Source: Flavobacteriales bacterium (lineage in GTDB: Bacteria > Bacteroidota > Bacteroidia > Flavobacteriales_F > PHOS-HE28). From it: DNA of 64,000 nt. The translations under genes and the position numbers were made by a program. The stretch is taken from the NCBI GenBank assembly GCA_016717225.1, contig JADKGB010000009.1, positions 71,178-135,177 on the forward strand. The letters are read 5' to 3'. Positions 20,865-31,800 of the stretch are shown here, one piece after another (position 1 is the stretch's first letter; each line of letters starts with the position of its first letter). Below the pieces are notes generated by a model. It saw only the letters and a list, made by a program, of their open reading frames with translations. It searched no databases and was not told the origin of the DNA.

Positions 20865-23800
20865 TCAATTGAGCTTGTGGGCCAGTACGACCGTCTCACG
20901 GAATTTCTCCACGTTCCCGCTGAGGTCGAACGCTTCAAAATACACCACATAAGGGCCCATGCGCGCCAGATCACCAGTTTCCATAATGCCATTCCAGCTG
21001 ACAGCGCCAGAGGTTCCGAGCAACTCGTTGTCCATGAGTTTTATGACCTCCCTGCCGGCCACATCGAAAACGATCATTGTGCCTGTGAAGCCGGGTTGGT
21101 TCAGGCGATATGCCAAGGTCAGCAGATCCTGGTAGCCATCGTTATCCGGGGAAAAGATCTTCGGATCTATGGTGAGTTCACCGCTTGGGTCGGGGGTTTC
21201 GGAGTATTGTGAGTTCTTATAGCCAGGAGTCGCATAACCAACGGACTGTGCGGCGCTATGCCAGTTGGTGAACTCGTCCGTTGGGCGGTTCGGGTCGACG
21301 CGTTCCAAGCTCACCCCATCGGTGCTGTTCAGCAATTCGAAATGCAAGGCATCGTCATAGGCGAAACGATCCAGCACATTGCCCAGGGGATCCTGCAGAA
21401 CCACAACGCCCGCGCCGTTATTGTAACTCGGCAATCCTGTTTCGATGAAGCGGTCCGTTCGGCTCAATGGATACTCGCTGGCGATATTGGCACTGCTCTC
21501 ACTGATGAGCGCATATTGACCCGGAAGCAGAAGCTGCGCAGTGGTCGTGATCGGTGTTGCGTTGTCGATGATCCCGTCGGTTTCGTTCGCGAGATCCCAA
21601 TTCCCCAGGCTCAACACTTTGGTACTTCGGTTGTACAACTCGACGAAGTCGCTACCAGTTCCACGTGGGTCATAAAGCACTTCGTTGATCACAACATCGC
21701 CTGCCAACGCTGGCTCAGGTAAAGCGAAGGTGAACGTATTCGTATTGCCGATGAGGTTGCCCGGACAATCGGAGACACCCACAACGGTGATCACATAAAG
21801 CTGGCCTACAGGCAAGGACTGCCCTAAGCTGAGTTGCACGTTCGTAGGGTCGATCACATCAACCTGCGTTACGGTTAGTACAGGATCGAACGTGTAAACT
21901 CCAATGCTCAAACTGGCGGCATTCATCGGCTCATCGAACACCAATTGGATCACCGTGCTGCTGTTCACGAAAACATTCGTCAGGGCTGGCGCTTGTGTGT
22001 CGGGCGTTAGGTCATGTGCGGAATTCTGCGTTCCAGGTGTACCTCCGTTCGACGCGGTTGAAGCCCTCCAATTATTGACGCTACTGCACGGAGTGAACGG
22101 ATCTTTCTGCTCCATTGTCCAGCCTCCATCGGCCTTCGCTACATCGTGGTACCAGTCCAACGTGTAGTTCGCCTCATCGATCAATACGCCGTTCGGATCG
22201 TGCAACTTGAGCGAGTCAGAATCGTTGTTCAACGACGGAAATGACCCCACCGGGATCTTCCTGTTCACAAAGAAGAACGCAGTGGTATCAGCATCATCCA
22301 TGATCACACCGTATTGCCCCGGACCAAGTATCACAGAGGGTAGCACAGTCTGTGAACCGGCATCGCCGAAGGTCCAACCTCCCAGATCATAGATCTGATC
22401 CGTGCTTGCGTTGAACACCTCCACGAATTCGACACCCGGTAGCCCGATCTGCGGTGATGGATCGGGGAAGATCTCGTTGATCACCACCGAACGGAATGTG
22501 GGTACGTCGGGAATGAAGTAGAGGAAATTCCTCACGATCGTCGGAGCGACGTTTCCAACACAATCGGAGACACCCGTGATGGTGATCGTATAGGATTGGT
22601 CGAGGGTCAATGCTGGAGCCAACGACAGAAGAACACGTGAATCCCCCGTAGGCTGTGCAAGGGTTATCGCGATGGGAGGGTTCAACGTATAGCTCGCGGT
22701 AGCCAAGCTGGCGGAGTTCATGGTTTCGTTGAATACCAACTCGAGTTGCGTATCGCTGTTGATAATAACGGATAAGAGCGAAGGAGCAGTTACATCCGGG
22801 ACTATGGCGAAAACGCTGTTCTCCGCACCTGGTGTTCCGCCTTGTGGATCGTTGCACGCCGTCCAGTTCGTCGCATTGCTGCACGGTGTGGTTGGGTCGA
22901 TCCGTTCCAAGCTCCAACCACCCACGGCTTTCGCCGCATCGTTGTACCAGCCTAACTCGTAGGATACAGCGTCGATCACTGTGGAATTCTCATTCGCAAG
23001 TTCAAGCGGATCACCATCGTTGTTCAGTGAAGGGAATGTTGGTATGCTCACAACCGTGCCGAAGCCCGTGAAAAATGCAGCGTTGACATCATCCGTGAGA
23101 ATGGCGTATCCGCCGGGGGGCAGAGCGACGCTGGGCAAAGTGCCTGTGCTGCTGCCATCGCTTATTGTCCAGTTCGCCAGGTCGAATGTTTTAGTGGTTG
23201 TGGCGTTGTATATCTCGATGAATTCCGCATCAGGGATCCCAATGGCGGGTGTGGGATCAGGCATCAACTCGTTCATGACCACCTCGCCGGGCAACGCTAT
23301 GTCCGGTATGAAATACAATACCTCTGTCGATTCGTTCACGCAGGGGTTCGCTGCAGGGTCTTCCACTCCGTTCACCGCAATGGTGTAGGTGTTACCGCTC
23401 TGCATCGCCAATGACAAAGTAATGTGCACGAGCGCGAGATCGGTCAGATCCCGAACCACCGCAGCCGCACTATTGAATGGTGTGATGTTGTAATTGTTCT
23501 CGTCCTCGGCAGTGGTCTGGTCCACCGGCTCGCTGAATAGAACATCGATCTCCGTGCTGGATATGATCGTTGCGTTCACAATGGATGGGGGCGTGATGTC
23601 AAGCAGAAGAGGCCCCACCGCGAAATCGTCGAAGTAGTGGTTGTTCACCGCACCAGCCAGCGTGCTTTGTTCAATGCGCATTCCGAAATGCGTACAGGAG
23701 GTGTATGTGGCATCTACCGTTTGGCCGGCGGTTGAGAACGTGCCCAATGCTCCATCATCGTAGAGAAGGGTCCACGTGTTGTCCGCTTGACGTTTCACTT

Positions 23801-24263
23801 CTATCCTGAACGGATTATTGGTACTGCTGTTGACGATGCCATCCGGACTAACGATCAATGACGTGTTCACGCCAGCATCGCTTCGGAACAACTCGATCCG
23901 ATCCGTCGTTCCACCCATACGCACGAAGTACCCGTCCACGCCGCTTTGCAGATCGGCCGCGCTGCTCATCAAATACACATCCGCGTAGTTGGCGCCACTG
24001 GTCGAGAACTTCAAGTTGATGAAGTAGTCCCATTGTGCATTGGTGGCCTGTGTGCTTGGCGTACTCAGGTAATAATTCGCAGCACCCGGGCTGTTGCTGC
24101 GCAATTGACCTGTGGCAACAGTAAAAAGAGCATCAGAGCCGCTCCAGGTGGGGTTCAGATTGAAGTCCCCATCATCGAAAAGATCATTGACCTGGGCGGA
24201 AACGAGGCCGCCCATGATCAGCGATGATGCCGCTAGCACAAGGCGTTGGAGGTCTTTGCACAT
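20865..24263 (-). CDS. Large secreted lamin-tail-domain (LTD) repeat protein with T9SS type-B (gliding-motility-associated) C-terminal domain
   Basis: Signal peptide; three repeats of ...VINE(V/L/I)xxDPxxxGxxFVE(L/I/V)YN...; C-terminal FSPDNDGYQD...FDVAGREV... Confidence 0.65.
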   Translation of the reverse strand: MCKDLQRLVLAASSLIMGGLVSAQVNDLFDDGDFNLNPTWSGSDALFTVATGQLRSNSPGAANYYLSTPSTQATNAQWDYFINLKFSTSGANYADVYLMSSAADLQSGVDGYFVRMGGTTDRIELFRSDAGVNTSLIVSPDGIVNSSTNNPFRIEVKRQADNTWTLLYDDGALGTFSTAGQTVDATYTSCTHFGMRIEQSTLAGAVNNHYFDDFAVGPLLLDITPPSIVNATIISSTEIDVLFSEPVDQTTAEDENNYNITPFNSAAAVVRDLTDLALVHITLSLAMQSGNTYTIAVNGVEDPAANPCVNESTEVLYFIPDIALPGEVVMNELMPDPTPAIGIPDAEFIEIYNATTTKTFDLANWTISDGSSTGTLPSVALPPGGYAILTDDVNAAFFTGFGTVVSIPTFPSLNNDGDPLELANENSTVIDAVSYELGWYNDAAKAVGGWSLERIDPTTPCSNATNWTACNDPQGGTPGAENSVFAIVPDVTAPSLLSVIINSDTQLELVFNETMNSASLATASYTLNPPIAITLAQPTGDSRVLLSLAPALTLDQSYTITITGVSDCVGNVAPTIVRNFLYFIPDVPTFRSVVINEIFPDPSPQIGLPGVEFVEVFNASTDQIYDLGGWTFGDAGSQTVLPSVILGPGQYGVIMDDADTTAFFFVNRKIPVGSFPSLNNDSDSLKLHDPNGVLIDEANYTLDWYHDVAKADGGWTMEQKDPFTPCSSVNNWRASTASNGGTPGTQNSAHDLTPDTQAPALTNVFVNSSTVIQLVFDEPMNAASLSIGVYTFDPVLTVTQVDVIDPTNVQLSLGQSLPVGQLYVITVVGVSDCPGNLIGNTNTFTFALPEPALAGDVVINEVLYDPRGTGSDFVELYNRSTKVLSLGNWDLANETDGIIDNATPITTTAQLLLPGQYALISESSANIASEYPLSRTDRFIETGLPSYNNGAGVVVLQDPLGNVLDRFAYDDALHFELLNSTDGVSLERVDPNRPTDEFTNWHSAAQSVGYATPGYKNSQYSETPDPSGELTIDPKIFSPDNDGYQDLLTLAYRLNQPGFTGTMIVFDVAGREVIKLMDNELLGTSGAVSWNGIMETGDLARMGPYVVYFEAFDLSGNVEKFRETVVLAHKLN

Positions 24264-24323
24264 TGGATCAGTACGGAGGGAAAGGTAGTAGTTTCGGCCG
24301 CCTATCCTCCTTAACGAACGTAC

Positions 24324-25328
24324 ATGAAAGTCGCAGTAGTTGGAGCTACCGGTCTGGTTGGTGGCGTTATGTTGAAAGTTCTCGAGGAGCGCGATTTCCC
24401 AATGGATGAACTGCTCCCGGTGGCGAGCGAGCGCAGCGCTGGCAGGACGATCTGGTTCAAAAGGAAAGAAATTGGAGTGATCGGTATGGAAGCGGCCGTC
24501 GCTCTTCGACCGGACATAGCTCTATTCTCCGCCGGAGGAAGTACATCGCTTGAATGGGCGCCTCGTTTCGCTGAAGCAGGAAGCACGGTGATCGACAACA
24601 GCAGTGCGTGGCGGATGCATCCCGATAAGAAGCTCGTGGTGCCGGAGATCAATGGGCATTTGCTCACAGCGGAGGACAGGATCATCGCGAACCCGAACTG
24701 TAGTACGATCCAATTGGTGATGGCGCTTGCGCCGTTGCACAAGGCCTACGGTGTGCAGCGCGTCGTTGTCTCTACCTACCAGAGCGTGACCGGTACAGGA
24801 ATGAAAGCGGTACAGCAAATGGAAAACGAACGCGAAGGTGTCGCCGGTGAAATGGCCTACCCGTTCCTCATCGACCGGAATGTGATCCCGCGATGCGATG
24901 TCTTTTTGGATAACGACTATACCAAGGAGGAAATGAAGTTGGTACACGAAACGAAGAAGATCCTCGATCCCAACATCAGGGTGACCGCGACTGCGGTGCG
25001 TGTTCCTGTAACAGGTGGGCACAGCGAAGCGGTGAATGTTGAATTCGCGAGAGACTTTGATATCAGCGATGTGAAACGCTTGCTGCGTGACTCACCTGGG
25101 CTGAAGTTGTTGGACAACCCATTGAAGGACGAATACCCTATGCCAATGCTTGCGAATGGCCGTGATGAAGTGTTCGTGGGCCGCGTGCGGTACGATGAAA
25201 CGCAACCACGCACGCTGAATATGTGGGTCGTGGCAGATAACCTGCGGAAAGGTGCGGCCACGAACGCGGTGCAGATAGCTGAGCTGTTGATCGCCAAAGG
25301 CCTGTTGAGGTCGGCGCAGGTGTTGTAA
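24324..25328 (+). CDS. asd: Aspartate-semialdehyde dehydrogenase
   Basis: MKVAVVGATGLVG, NPNCSTIQLVMALAPL (active-site Cys), SVTGTG. Confidence 0.95.
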   Translation: MKVAVVGATGLVGGVMLKVLEERDFPMDELLPVASERSAGRTIWFKRKEIGVIGMEAAVALRPDIALFSAGGSTSLEWAPRFAEAGSTVIDNSSAWRMHPDKKLVVPEINGHLLTAEDRIIANPNCSTIQLVMALAPLHKAYGVQRVVVSTYQSVTGTGMKAVQQMENEREGVAGEMAYPFLIDRNVIPRCDVFLDNDYTKEEMKLVHETKKILDPNIRVTATAVRVPVTGGHSEAVNVEFARDFDISDVKRLLRDSPGLKLLDNPLKDEYPMPMLANGRDEVFVGRVRYDETQPRTLNMWVVADNLRKGAATNAVQIAELLIAKGLLRSAQVL

Positions 25329-25488
25329 CGAGGCCTGGGGCTCTCCTTTGGATCGTAGGCTATTCCGGTCTCAACCGTGCGCTTCCTTTTCTGGTGGGCC
25401 AGTATTTCGGCCCACATCCTAGTCTCGTGGAGTAGTTGGAGCAGACCTGCGAACCTCTAGGAACTGGACGAGCCTCCGCAACGAATGT

Positions 25489-27117
25489 TCAAGGGGCGTT
25501 CACATGCCACACACGATACGTGTCGTTCTCATGTATCATGTGCGCGCGGCCGGGCGGAACAAAGTCGCCACGTTGCTTCCCGGCGATGACAAACAGCTCT
25601 CCGCCCAAAGCAGGATCCAGGATCTTGCCTTCGAAATACGCCTCTTGACCTTCACACCTGATCTCCGTTGCCATATCATCCATGGAATGGCCGCAGAAAC
25701 TCCGGAATCTGGTGTAAACTGAAGTGGCATAACCAAGTTTTGGCGTTTCACAGACCACCAACACCCGCTGCGCATCAGTTCGCTCCAATGCAGCCATGGC
25801 ATCGTAGTCATCTTTCTGGAGCCACATGCCTGCATATTTCGAATGAAGCTGTGACCCGCTCGCTACAGTGAAGAATGAAATATTGTCCGACAATAGGAAA
25901 AGCACCGCTCCCGCTGCTGCAACTCGGCGGAACCGGAAACTTCGGTTGCTCAACCAAGGCCAGGCAGTGTAAAAGAGCCAAGGTGCCCCCAACAGGAACA
26001 ACGCGCTCCAGAGGTAGCCACGTGTAAAATGAGCGGGTTGAAGTGGTGGCGAGATAACGAGTTCGTTGTTCTCCAACGCGAAACAAGCCAAGGCCATCAT
26101 GGAAAACAGTCGGAACGATGGGTCTTTCCACAACCTCGCAGGACCCTTGCCGAGCTTCACTCTTGCCAGGACAAAACCCAGTACGAGCAGGTATGCGCAA
26201 ACAGAAGAATACCACGCGACGTTGTAATTGAGGCGCAAGGAGTCCGCCAGATTCGGGTTCGCGTTCTTGGGTACCCATTCCAGAACGTACCATGCATAGG
26301 GCACGATCGCCGCGATCAAGGATATTGGGAACCACACAGGTACGATCGTGGGGCGCACCAGCACGAGTTCAGCAACCGACCATGCGATCAAAATGCCGGT
26401 AAGCTGCACCCCGGAAAACGGGTGGCACCAGATGAGCATAACGGTTAATAGCAGCGTGATGAAGTAGCGCTGTTTAAGCAGGCACAAGAGTGCGGTGAAG
26501 ACAACGGCATGGTAAAATGCTTCGTTAGGGACGATCTGGTTGCGGCCCAGATTCATGCTCCACCAACCCGAGCAAGGGTCAATACACATAGCCTGCTTCA
26601 ATAGGTCTGCACCGTGGTACCCATTTGTCCATGCTACAACGGCACCAACCAAGGAAAGCACGCCACCGCCCCATACGAAAACCAGCTGCCCAACGCGCCT
26701 ACTTGTCCCCTTCAGCGGAACCACATGGTCGAACAAAGCCATGAAAACGCGAATGCCGAGCAAGGTGAACACCAACCCATAGACAACGAACAGGATCCCC
26801 GGATCCGCCCCGGAAACACGCCATACCACTGAAAGTGCTAGCAGGTGCAGCTGGACGACCGCGGGCTTCTCATCATATGATGGAGTAGAAGGTTGGGCGT
26901 ATAGAAGTCCAGCATGTTGGCCATCGATAAACTCACGGGCACTCGCCATATATTCTGCCTGATCCTTCTGGACGAAGCCGGTTCCAATATGGGTCGGGTC
27001 CAAAAGCTCAGCAGCGAAATGGGCTGCATAGAAAAGGAAGATCGGCAGTGCCAGGAGGAAGGCGAACCCCCAGTCCCGCCATGGTCTTCGATCCCGTGTT
27101 TCCACCTGAATGATCAA
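25489..27117 (-). CDS. Hypothetical polytopic membrane protein (542 aa) with C-terminal soluble domain; last gene of the ileS-lspA operon
   Basis: About 11 predicted TM helices; no clear family motif. Confidence 0.45.
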   Translation of the reverse strand: MIIQVETRDRRPWRDWGFAFLLALPIFLFYAAHFAAELLDPTHIGTGFVQKDQAEYMASAREFIDGQHAGLLYAQPSTPSYDEKPAVVQLHLLALSVVWRVSGADPGILFVVYGLVFTLLGIRVFMALFDHVVPLKGTSRRVGQLVFVWGGGVLSLVGAVVAWTNGYHGADLLKQAMCIDPCSGWWSMNLGRNQIVPNEAFYHAVVFTALLCLLKQRYFITLLLTVMLIWCHPFSGVQLTGILIAWSVAELVLVRPTIVPVWFPISLIAAIVPYAWYVLEWVPKNANPNLADSLRLNYNVAWYSSVCAYLLVLGFVLARVKLGKGPARLWKDPSFRLFSMMALACFALENNELVISPPLQPAHFTRGYLWSALFLLGAPWLFYTAWPWLSNRSFRFRRVAAAGAVLFLLSDNISFFTVASGSQLHSKYAGMWLQKDDYDAMAALERTDAQRVLVVCETPKLGYATSVYTRFRSFCGHSMDDMATEIRCEGQEAYFEGKILDPALGGELFVIAGKQRGDFVPPGRAHMIHENDTYRVWHVNAP

Positions 27118-27129
27118 AAGGAGGAGGTT

Positions 27130-27801
27130 CTAACTTTCAGGCTCCAATATCGCACCTTCTGTGACGGTAGGTGTCGTTGATCCCAAAGAGGAGTCTTCTT
27201 TCGGCTTCCGTTGCACCAGTACCATCATCGCAACACCCACGCTGATGGCCGCGTCGGCAACGTTGAACACTGGACGGAAAAACTCGAACGATTCTCCTCC
27301 CCAGATCGGAAGCCATTCGGGGAATCGACCTTGCCACAGCGGGAAGTAGAACATATCCACTACGGCACCGTGCAGGAACGGCGCGTAACCTCCTTCTGGA
27401 GAAAAGAGCGAAGCCACGTTCCGGGCAACGGGGTCACTACCATTGAAGATCAAGCCATAGAATGCACTATCGATGATATTCCCAAGCGCGCCAGCAAAAA
27501 TGAGCGCGAGGCTGGTGATCATCCACTTGTCGCGTTGTTGGTGGATGATGTTCCGCAGAATGAAGCCGATCGCTATGACCGCGACAATACGGAACAGTGT
27601 GAGCAGAAGCTTGCCGGTTTCGCCGCCGAACTCAAGCCCGAAGGCCATGCCCTTGTTCTCTACGAATTGCAGATATCCCTTTGTGCTTTCCGCCCCGAAC
27701 AGTGGCACGTACTCGCCAATGAAGAAATGGGTCTTCACCCAGATCTTCAAAGTCTGATCGGCCGCAAGGACCAATACGATGACGAGCAACGCGCGTTTCA
27801 A
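27130..27801 (-). CDS. lspA: Lipoprotein signal peptidase (signal peptidase II)
   Basis: ADQTLK, NKGMAFG, FNVAD (catalytic Asp motifs), four TM segments. Confidence 0.9.
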   Translation of the reverse strand: MKRALLVIVLVLAADQTLKIWVKTHFFIGEYVPLFGAESTKGYLQFVENKGMAFGLEFGGETGKLLLTLFRIVAVIAIGFILRNIIHQQRDKWMITSLALIFAGALGNIIDSAFYGLIFNGSDPVARNVASLFSPEGGYAPFLHGAVVDMFYFPLWQGRFPEWLPIWGGESFEFFRPVFNVADAAISVGVAMMVLVQRKPKEDSSLGSTTPTVTEGAILEPES

Positions 27802-27826
27802 AGCCTTGACGCAAAAGGCACCAAGC

Positions 27827-28792
27827 TCAATTGCTCATTTGCTGCTTGGCCTCTATGCTCAACGTGGCATGGGGAACCAAACGCAAGCGCTCTTTGCTGA
27901 TCAACCGACCCGTAACACGGCAAATGCCATAGGTCTTGTTACGAATGCGCAACAGAGCATCCTCCAGGTGCTTGATGAATTTCTCCTGACGGCCTGCCAG
28001 CTGCGCGGTTTCTTCGCGGCTCAACGTCTCACTACCGTCCTCGATCATTTTGAACGAAGGACTTGTGTCCTCTGTGCCGTTGTTGTCGTTGTTGGCCAAC
28101 GTCTGCTTCAGCAAGTCGTAATCTTTTCGCGCCTCATCCAATTTCGCATTGATGATGCCACGGAATTCATCGAGTTCTGAATCGTTGTAGCGCTCCTTGC
28201 CGATCGCTTCAAGTGTGCTCACTTGTTTCTTCACCATCGGCGCCGACCGGTGGATGATGGGTGCTGACGTTTGCGTAACCAATGGCTTGCTGTTCGCCTT
28301 GGCGATATCGGCCTTCTTCTCCTTCTTCTCTTTCTTCACAGGTGCTTTGGCCACAGGCTTGGGAGCAGGGGCTGGTTTTTCCGCAGGTGCTTTGGCGGTA
28401 ACGGGTTTGGCCGCAACTGGTTTTGGGGCAGGTGCAGGCTTGGATTTGACGGGGGTAACTGCCTTCGCAGGGACCTTGGCAACAGGTGCTTTTTTGGCAA
28501 CTGCCTTCGGCACAGGCTTTACGGCCACTTTCTTTTTCGCAGGTGCAGTTTTTTTCGCCACTGCTTTTTTCACCGGGGCTTTGGCGAGGCTTTTCTTCAC
28601 AGGTTTCGCTGCCTTTTTCGCGGTTGCTGGTTTGGCTTTTACGACCTTTTTCGCAACGGCCTTTTTTGCCGCGGGCTTCTTCGTCGCGGTCTTTTTCACC
28701 GGAGATGCTTTCTTGGCAGGCTTGATAGCTTTCTTGGGCGCGGTCTTTTTTACCGGCTTAGCGGCCTTCTTGGGTGCTGGTTTCTTCGCCAT
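27827..28792 (-). CDS. DksA/TraR-family regulator with an N-terminal histone-H1-like Lys/Ala/Pro repeat extension of about 180 aa
   Basis: C-terminal coiled coil plus ...TYGICRVTGRLISKERLRLVPHATLSIEAKQQ (DksA C-terminal zinc-finger region, Cys-poor); N-terminal (A/P)KKA(A/V)KP repeats; lies between ileS and lspA as in other Bacteroidetes. Confidence 0.65.
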   Translation of the reverse strand: MAKKPAPKKAAKPVKKTAPKKAIKPAKKASPVKKTATKKPAAKKAVAKKVVKAKPATAKKAAKPVKKSLAKAPVKKAVAKKTAPAKKKVAVKPVPKAVAKKAPVAKVPAKAVTPVKSKPAPAPKPVAAKPVTAKAPAEKPAPAPKPVAKAPVKKEKKEKKADIAKANSKPLVTQTSAPIIHRSAPMVKKQVSTLEAIGKERYNDSELDEFRGIINAKLDEARKDYDLLKQTLANNDNNGTEDTSPSFKMIEDGSETLSREETAQLAGRQEKFIKHLEDALLRIRNKTYGICRVTGRLISKERLRLVPHATLSIEAKQQMSN

Positions 28793-28841
28793 GGCAATAC
28801 CCTTTTTTTAAATGAGCCGCGAATATAGACGGATCCGCGCG

Positions 28842-31800
28842 TCATACGGCCCGTTTGGCCAAGCTCAGGCTGCAAGTCAACTCGGCGTCCAATTCCAGGT
28901 TGTGAATGATCCCGGGATCGCCGTTCAGTTCAGTCGCAAGTAGCTGGTCCTGAGGTGTAAGAGCCAGTGTTTCCGACAGAATATGTGACGCGTATGCTTG
29001 AACCGCCAGTTCGAAAGACGCGTTCCCGTTCCGCAAAATGTGAAGGTCGATGCGGTCCGTTACTTCAAAACCCGACTCTTTTCGAAGAGTTTGGATCCGG
29101 CTCACCAGCTCGCGAGCGATGCCTTCCTGGATGAGTGGTTCAGTAAGAGTTATGTCCAGGGCCACGGTCAAAGCACCGTCACTGGCAACGCTCAAACCGG
29201 GCACGTTGTCAGCTGTGATCTCCACATCATCACGGAGCAATTCCACGTCAGTTCCTTCGACGGAAAGGCTCAAGGTGCCATTCGCTTCCAATTCGGCGAT
29301 CTGCTCCTGGGAGAGGCTCACCACTTGGTTGGCTACGTGCTTCATCAGCTTGCCCATCCGCGCGCCCAGTTTTTTGAAGTCCGGCTTGATCTTCTTGGTG
29401 AGCTTGCTTTCACTCGCGTCGAGGATCACGAGTTCTTTCACGTTCACTTCGCTCAGGAGCAATTCACGGATCCCTTCCAAGCGCGTGCGCATCGTATTGT
29501 CGGTCACCGGGACCATTACCTTTTGTAATGGTTGGCGCACGCGGTGGCCTTCCTTCTTTCGAATGCTGAGAACAAGCGTGGTGAGCTTTTGCGCAAGTGC
29601 GGTGCGCTGCTCCAGTTCCACGTCGATCGCGACGACATCGCTCTTCGGCCAATCGCTTAGATGAACGCTATTGCCTGTTAGATCACGGTATAACCGATCG
29701 CTGAAGAACGGTGCGATGGGTGCGCTCAACATCGCTACCACTTCCAAACAATGGTGCAGTGTTTGGAATGCCGCGTTCTTGTCATTGCCCACTTCCCCCT
29801 TCCAGAAGCGACGGCGATTGAGGCGAACGTACCAGTTGCTCAGGTCTTCGACAACAAAGTCCTGCACCGCACGTGCAGCGACCGTTGGTTCGTAATCGCT
29901 GAAGGCTGAATCGCATGCGGCGATCACACTGTTCAGCCGCGAAAGCACCCAACGATCCATCTCGGTACGTTCGCTCGCAGCGACCTGCGGAGCGCTCGCA
30001 TCGAAGCTGTCGATGTTCGCGTACAGTGCGAAGAAGTTGTATGTGTTGAAGAGCGCCCGGAAGAACTTGCGCTGGACCTCAGTGATGCCTTCCGAGTCGA
30101 ACTTCAAATTGTCCCAAGGCGAGGCATTGCTGATCATATACCAGCGAACAGCATCTGCACCGAAGGCGTCGAGCGTTTTGAACGGATCCACGGCATTGCC
30201 AAGCCGCTTGCTCATCTTCTGGCCTGCTTTGTCCAATACCAGGCCGTTGCTGACCACCGCTTTATACGCGACTTCATCGAACAGCAAAGTGGAGATGGCG
30301 TGCAACGTGTAGAACCAGCCGCGTGTCTGGTCTACGCCTTCGGCAATGAAGTTCGCCGGGTAGCTCTCGTCGAACGGTTCGTTGAACGGGCGAGGATGGT
30401 TCGCTTCCAACTTTTTGTAATCCAGCCCCCATTGCGCATACGGCATGGCACCGCTATCGAACCACACGTCGATCAGATCACTTTCCCGTTTCATCGGTTT
30501 CCCGCCTGGTGAGAACAGCACGATATTGTCCGCGTAGGGTTTATGAAGGTCAACCGAGTCGTAGTCCTTGCCGGAAGGTGTGTTCGTATCGAAATCCTTC
30601 AGCGGGTCCTCGCTCATCACACCCGCTTTGATCGCCCGTACTATCTCCTCCTTCAGTTGTTTCAGTGAACCGATACAGAGTTCCTCATCGCCATCGGCAG
30701 TGCGCCAGATCGGGAGCGGGACCCCCCAGTAGCGGCTTCGAGAAAGATTCCAGTCCTGCAGGTTTTCAAGCCAGTTGCCGAAGCGGCCCGCGCCCGTGCT
30801 CTCGGGCTTCCAGTTGATCGTCTTGTTCAGCGCGATCAGGCGGTCTTTCTTCGCAGTGACACGAACGAACCAGCTGTCCAGCGGGTAATAGAGGATGGGC
30901 TTGTCGGTGCGCCAACAGTGCGGGTAGTTGTGCTCGTACTTCTCCACCTTGAAGGCACGGCCCATCTCCTTCAATCTTATGCTGAGTTCCACGTCCACGC
31001 TCTTCTCTGGCGCTTGCCCGGCGGGGTAGTATTCGTTCTTCACGTACTTGCCCGCGAACTCGCCCATCTCCTTGGTGAAGCGGCCTTGCAGATCAACAAG
31101 TGTCAGTGTGCCAATACCGTGTTGTCTCGCCACACGCATATCGTCCGCGCCAAAACTCGGAGCCGTATGCACCACGCCAGTTCCATCTTCAGTTGTCACG
31201 AAATCGCCGCCGATGACTTTGAAGGCTTCGCCTTGGTCGGGCTGAGCGTATTTGAACAACTGCTCGTAACGGATGCCTTCGAGCTGATGGCCGTAGAATT
31301 CTCCATCGACTTTCCATGGGATATTCTTGCCGTCCCTCTTGTGATCTTCGAACGAAGCGTTCTCGCTCTTCTCGTTGAAGTATGATTCGAGCCGCGACTT
31401 CGCGAGCACCATGGTCTGTGGCTCGTGCGTGTATGGATTGAACGACTTTACGCGCACATAGTCCAGTTTCGGACCAACGGTGAGTGCGCAGTTGCTGGGA
31501 AGTGTCCAAGGTGTGGTCGTCCAGGCGAGGATGAACACTTCGCCGAAAGCATCTTTGAACAGGAACTCCGAGGCATGGTCCTGGGTGACCTTGAACATGG
31601 CTACCACGCTCGTGTCCTTCACGGGCTTGTATGTGCCGGGCTGGTTCAGTTCATGTGAACTAAGACCTGTTCCGGCCGCAGGCGAGTATGGTTGTATCGT
31701 GAAGCCCTTGTATAGCAGCTGCTCGTCATAAAGTTTCTTCAACAACCACCAAACGCTCTCGATGTATTTGGTCTCGTAGGTGATGTATGGATGCTCCAGG

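Noticed and set aside
19613-20872. 419-aa plus-strand ORF opposite the class-III aminotransferase, and similar long antisense ORFs inside ileS, the LTD protein, the decarboxylase and the histidine kinase
   Set aside because: Arg/Ala/His-rich composition typical of GC-rich antisense frames. The opposite strand has strong family motifs.
25403-25425. Hairpin gtgggccagtatttcggcccac between asd and the converging membrane-protein gene, considered as a terminator
   Set aside because: There is no flanking U-tract on either strand, so the evidence is too weak to call.
28197-28828. Two long plus-strand ORFs (204 and 185 aa) rich in Phe/Ala/Gly/Leu
   Set aside because: They are the antisense reading of the Lys/Ala/Pro repeat region of the dksA-like gene. 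This is a low-complexity mirror artefact.
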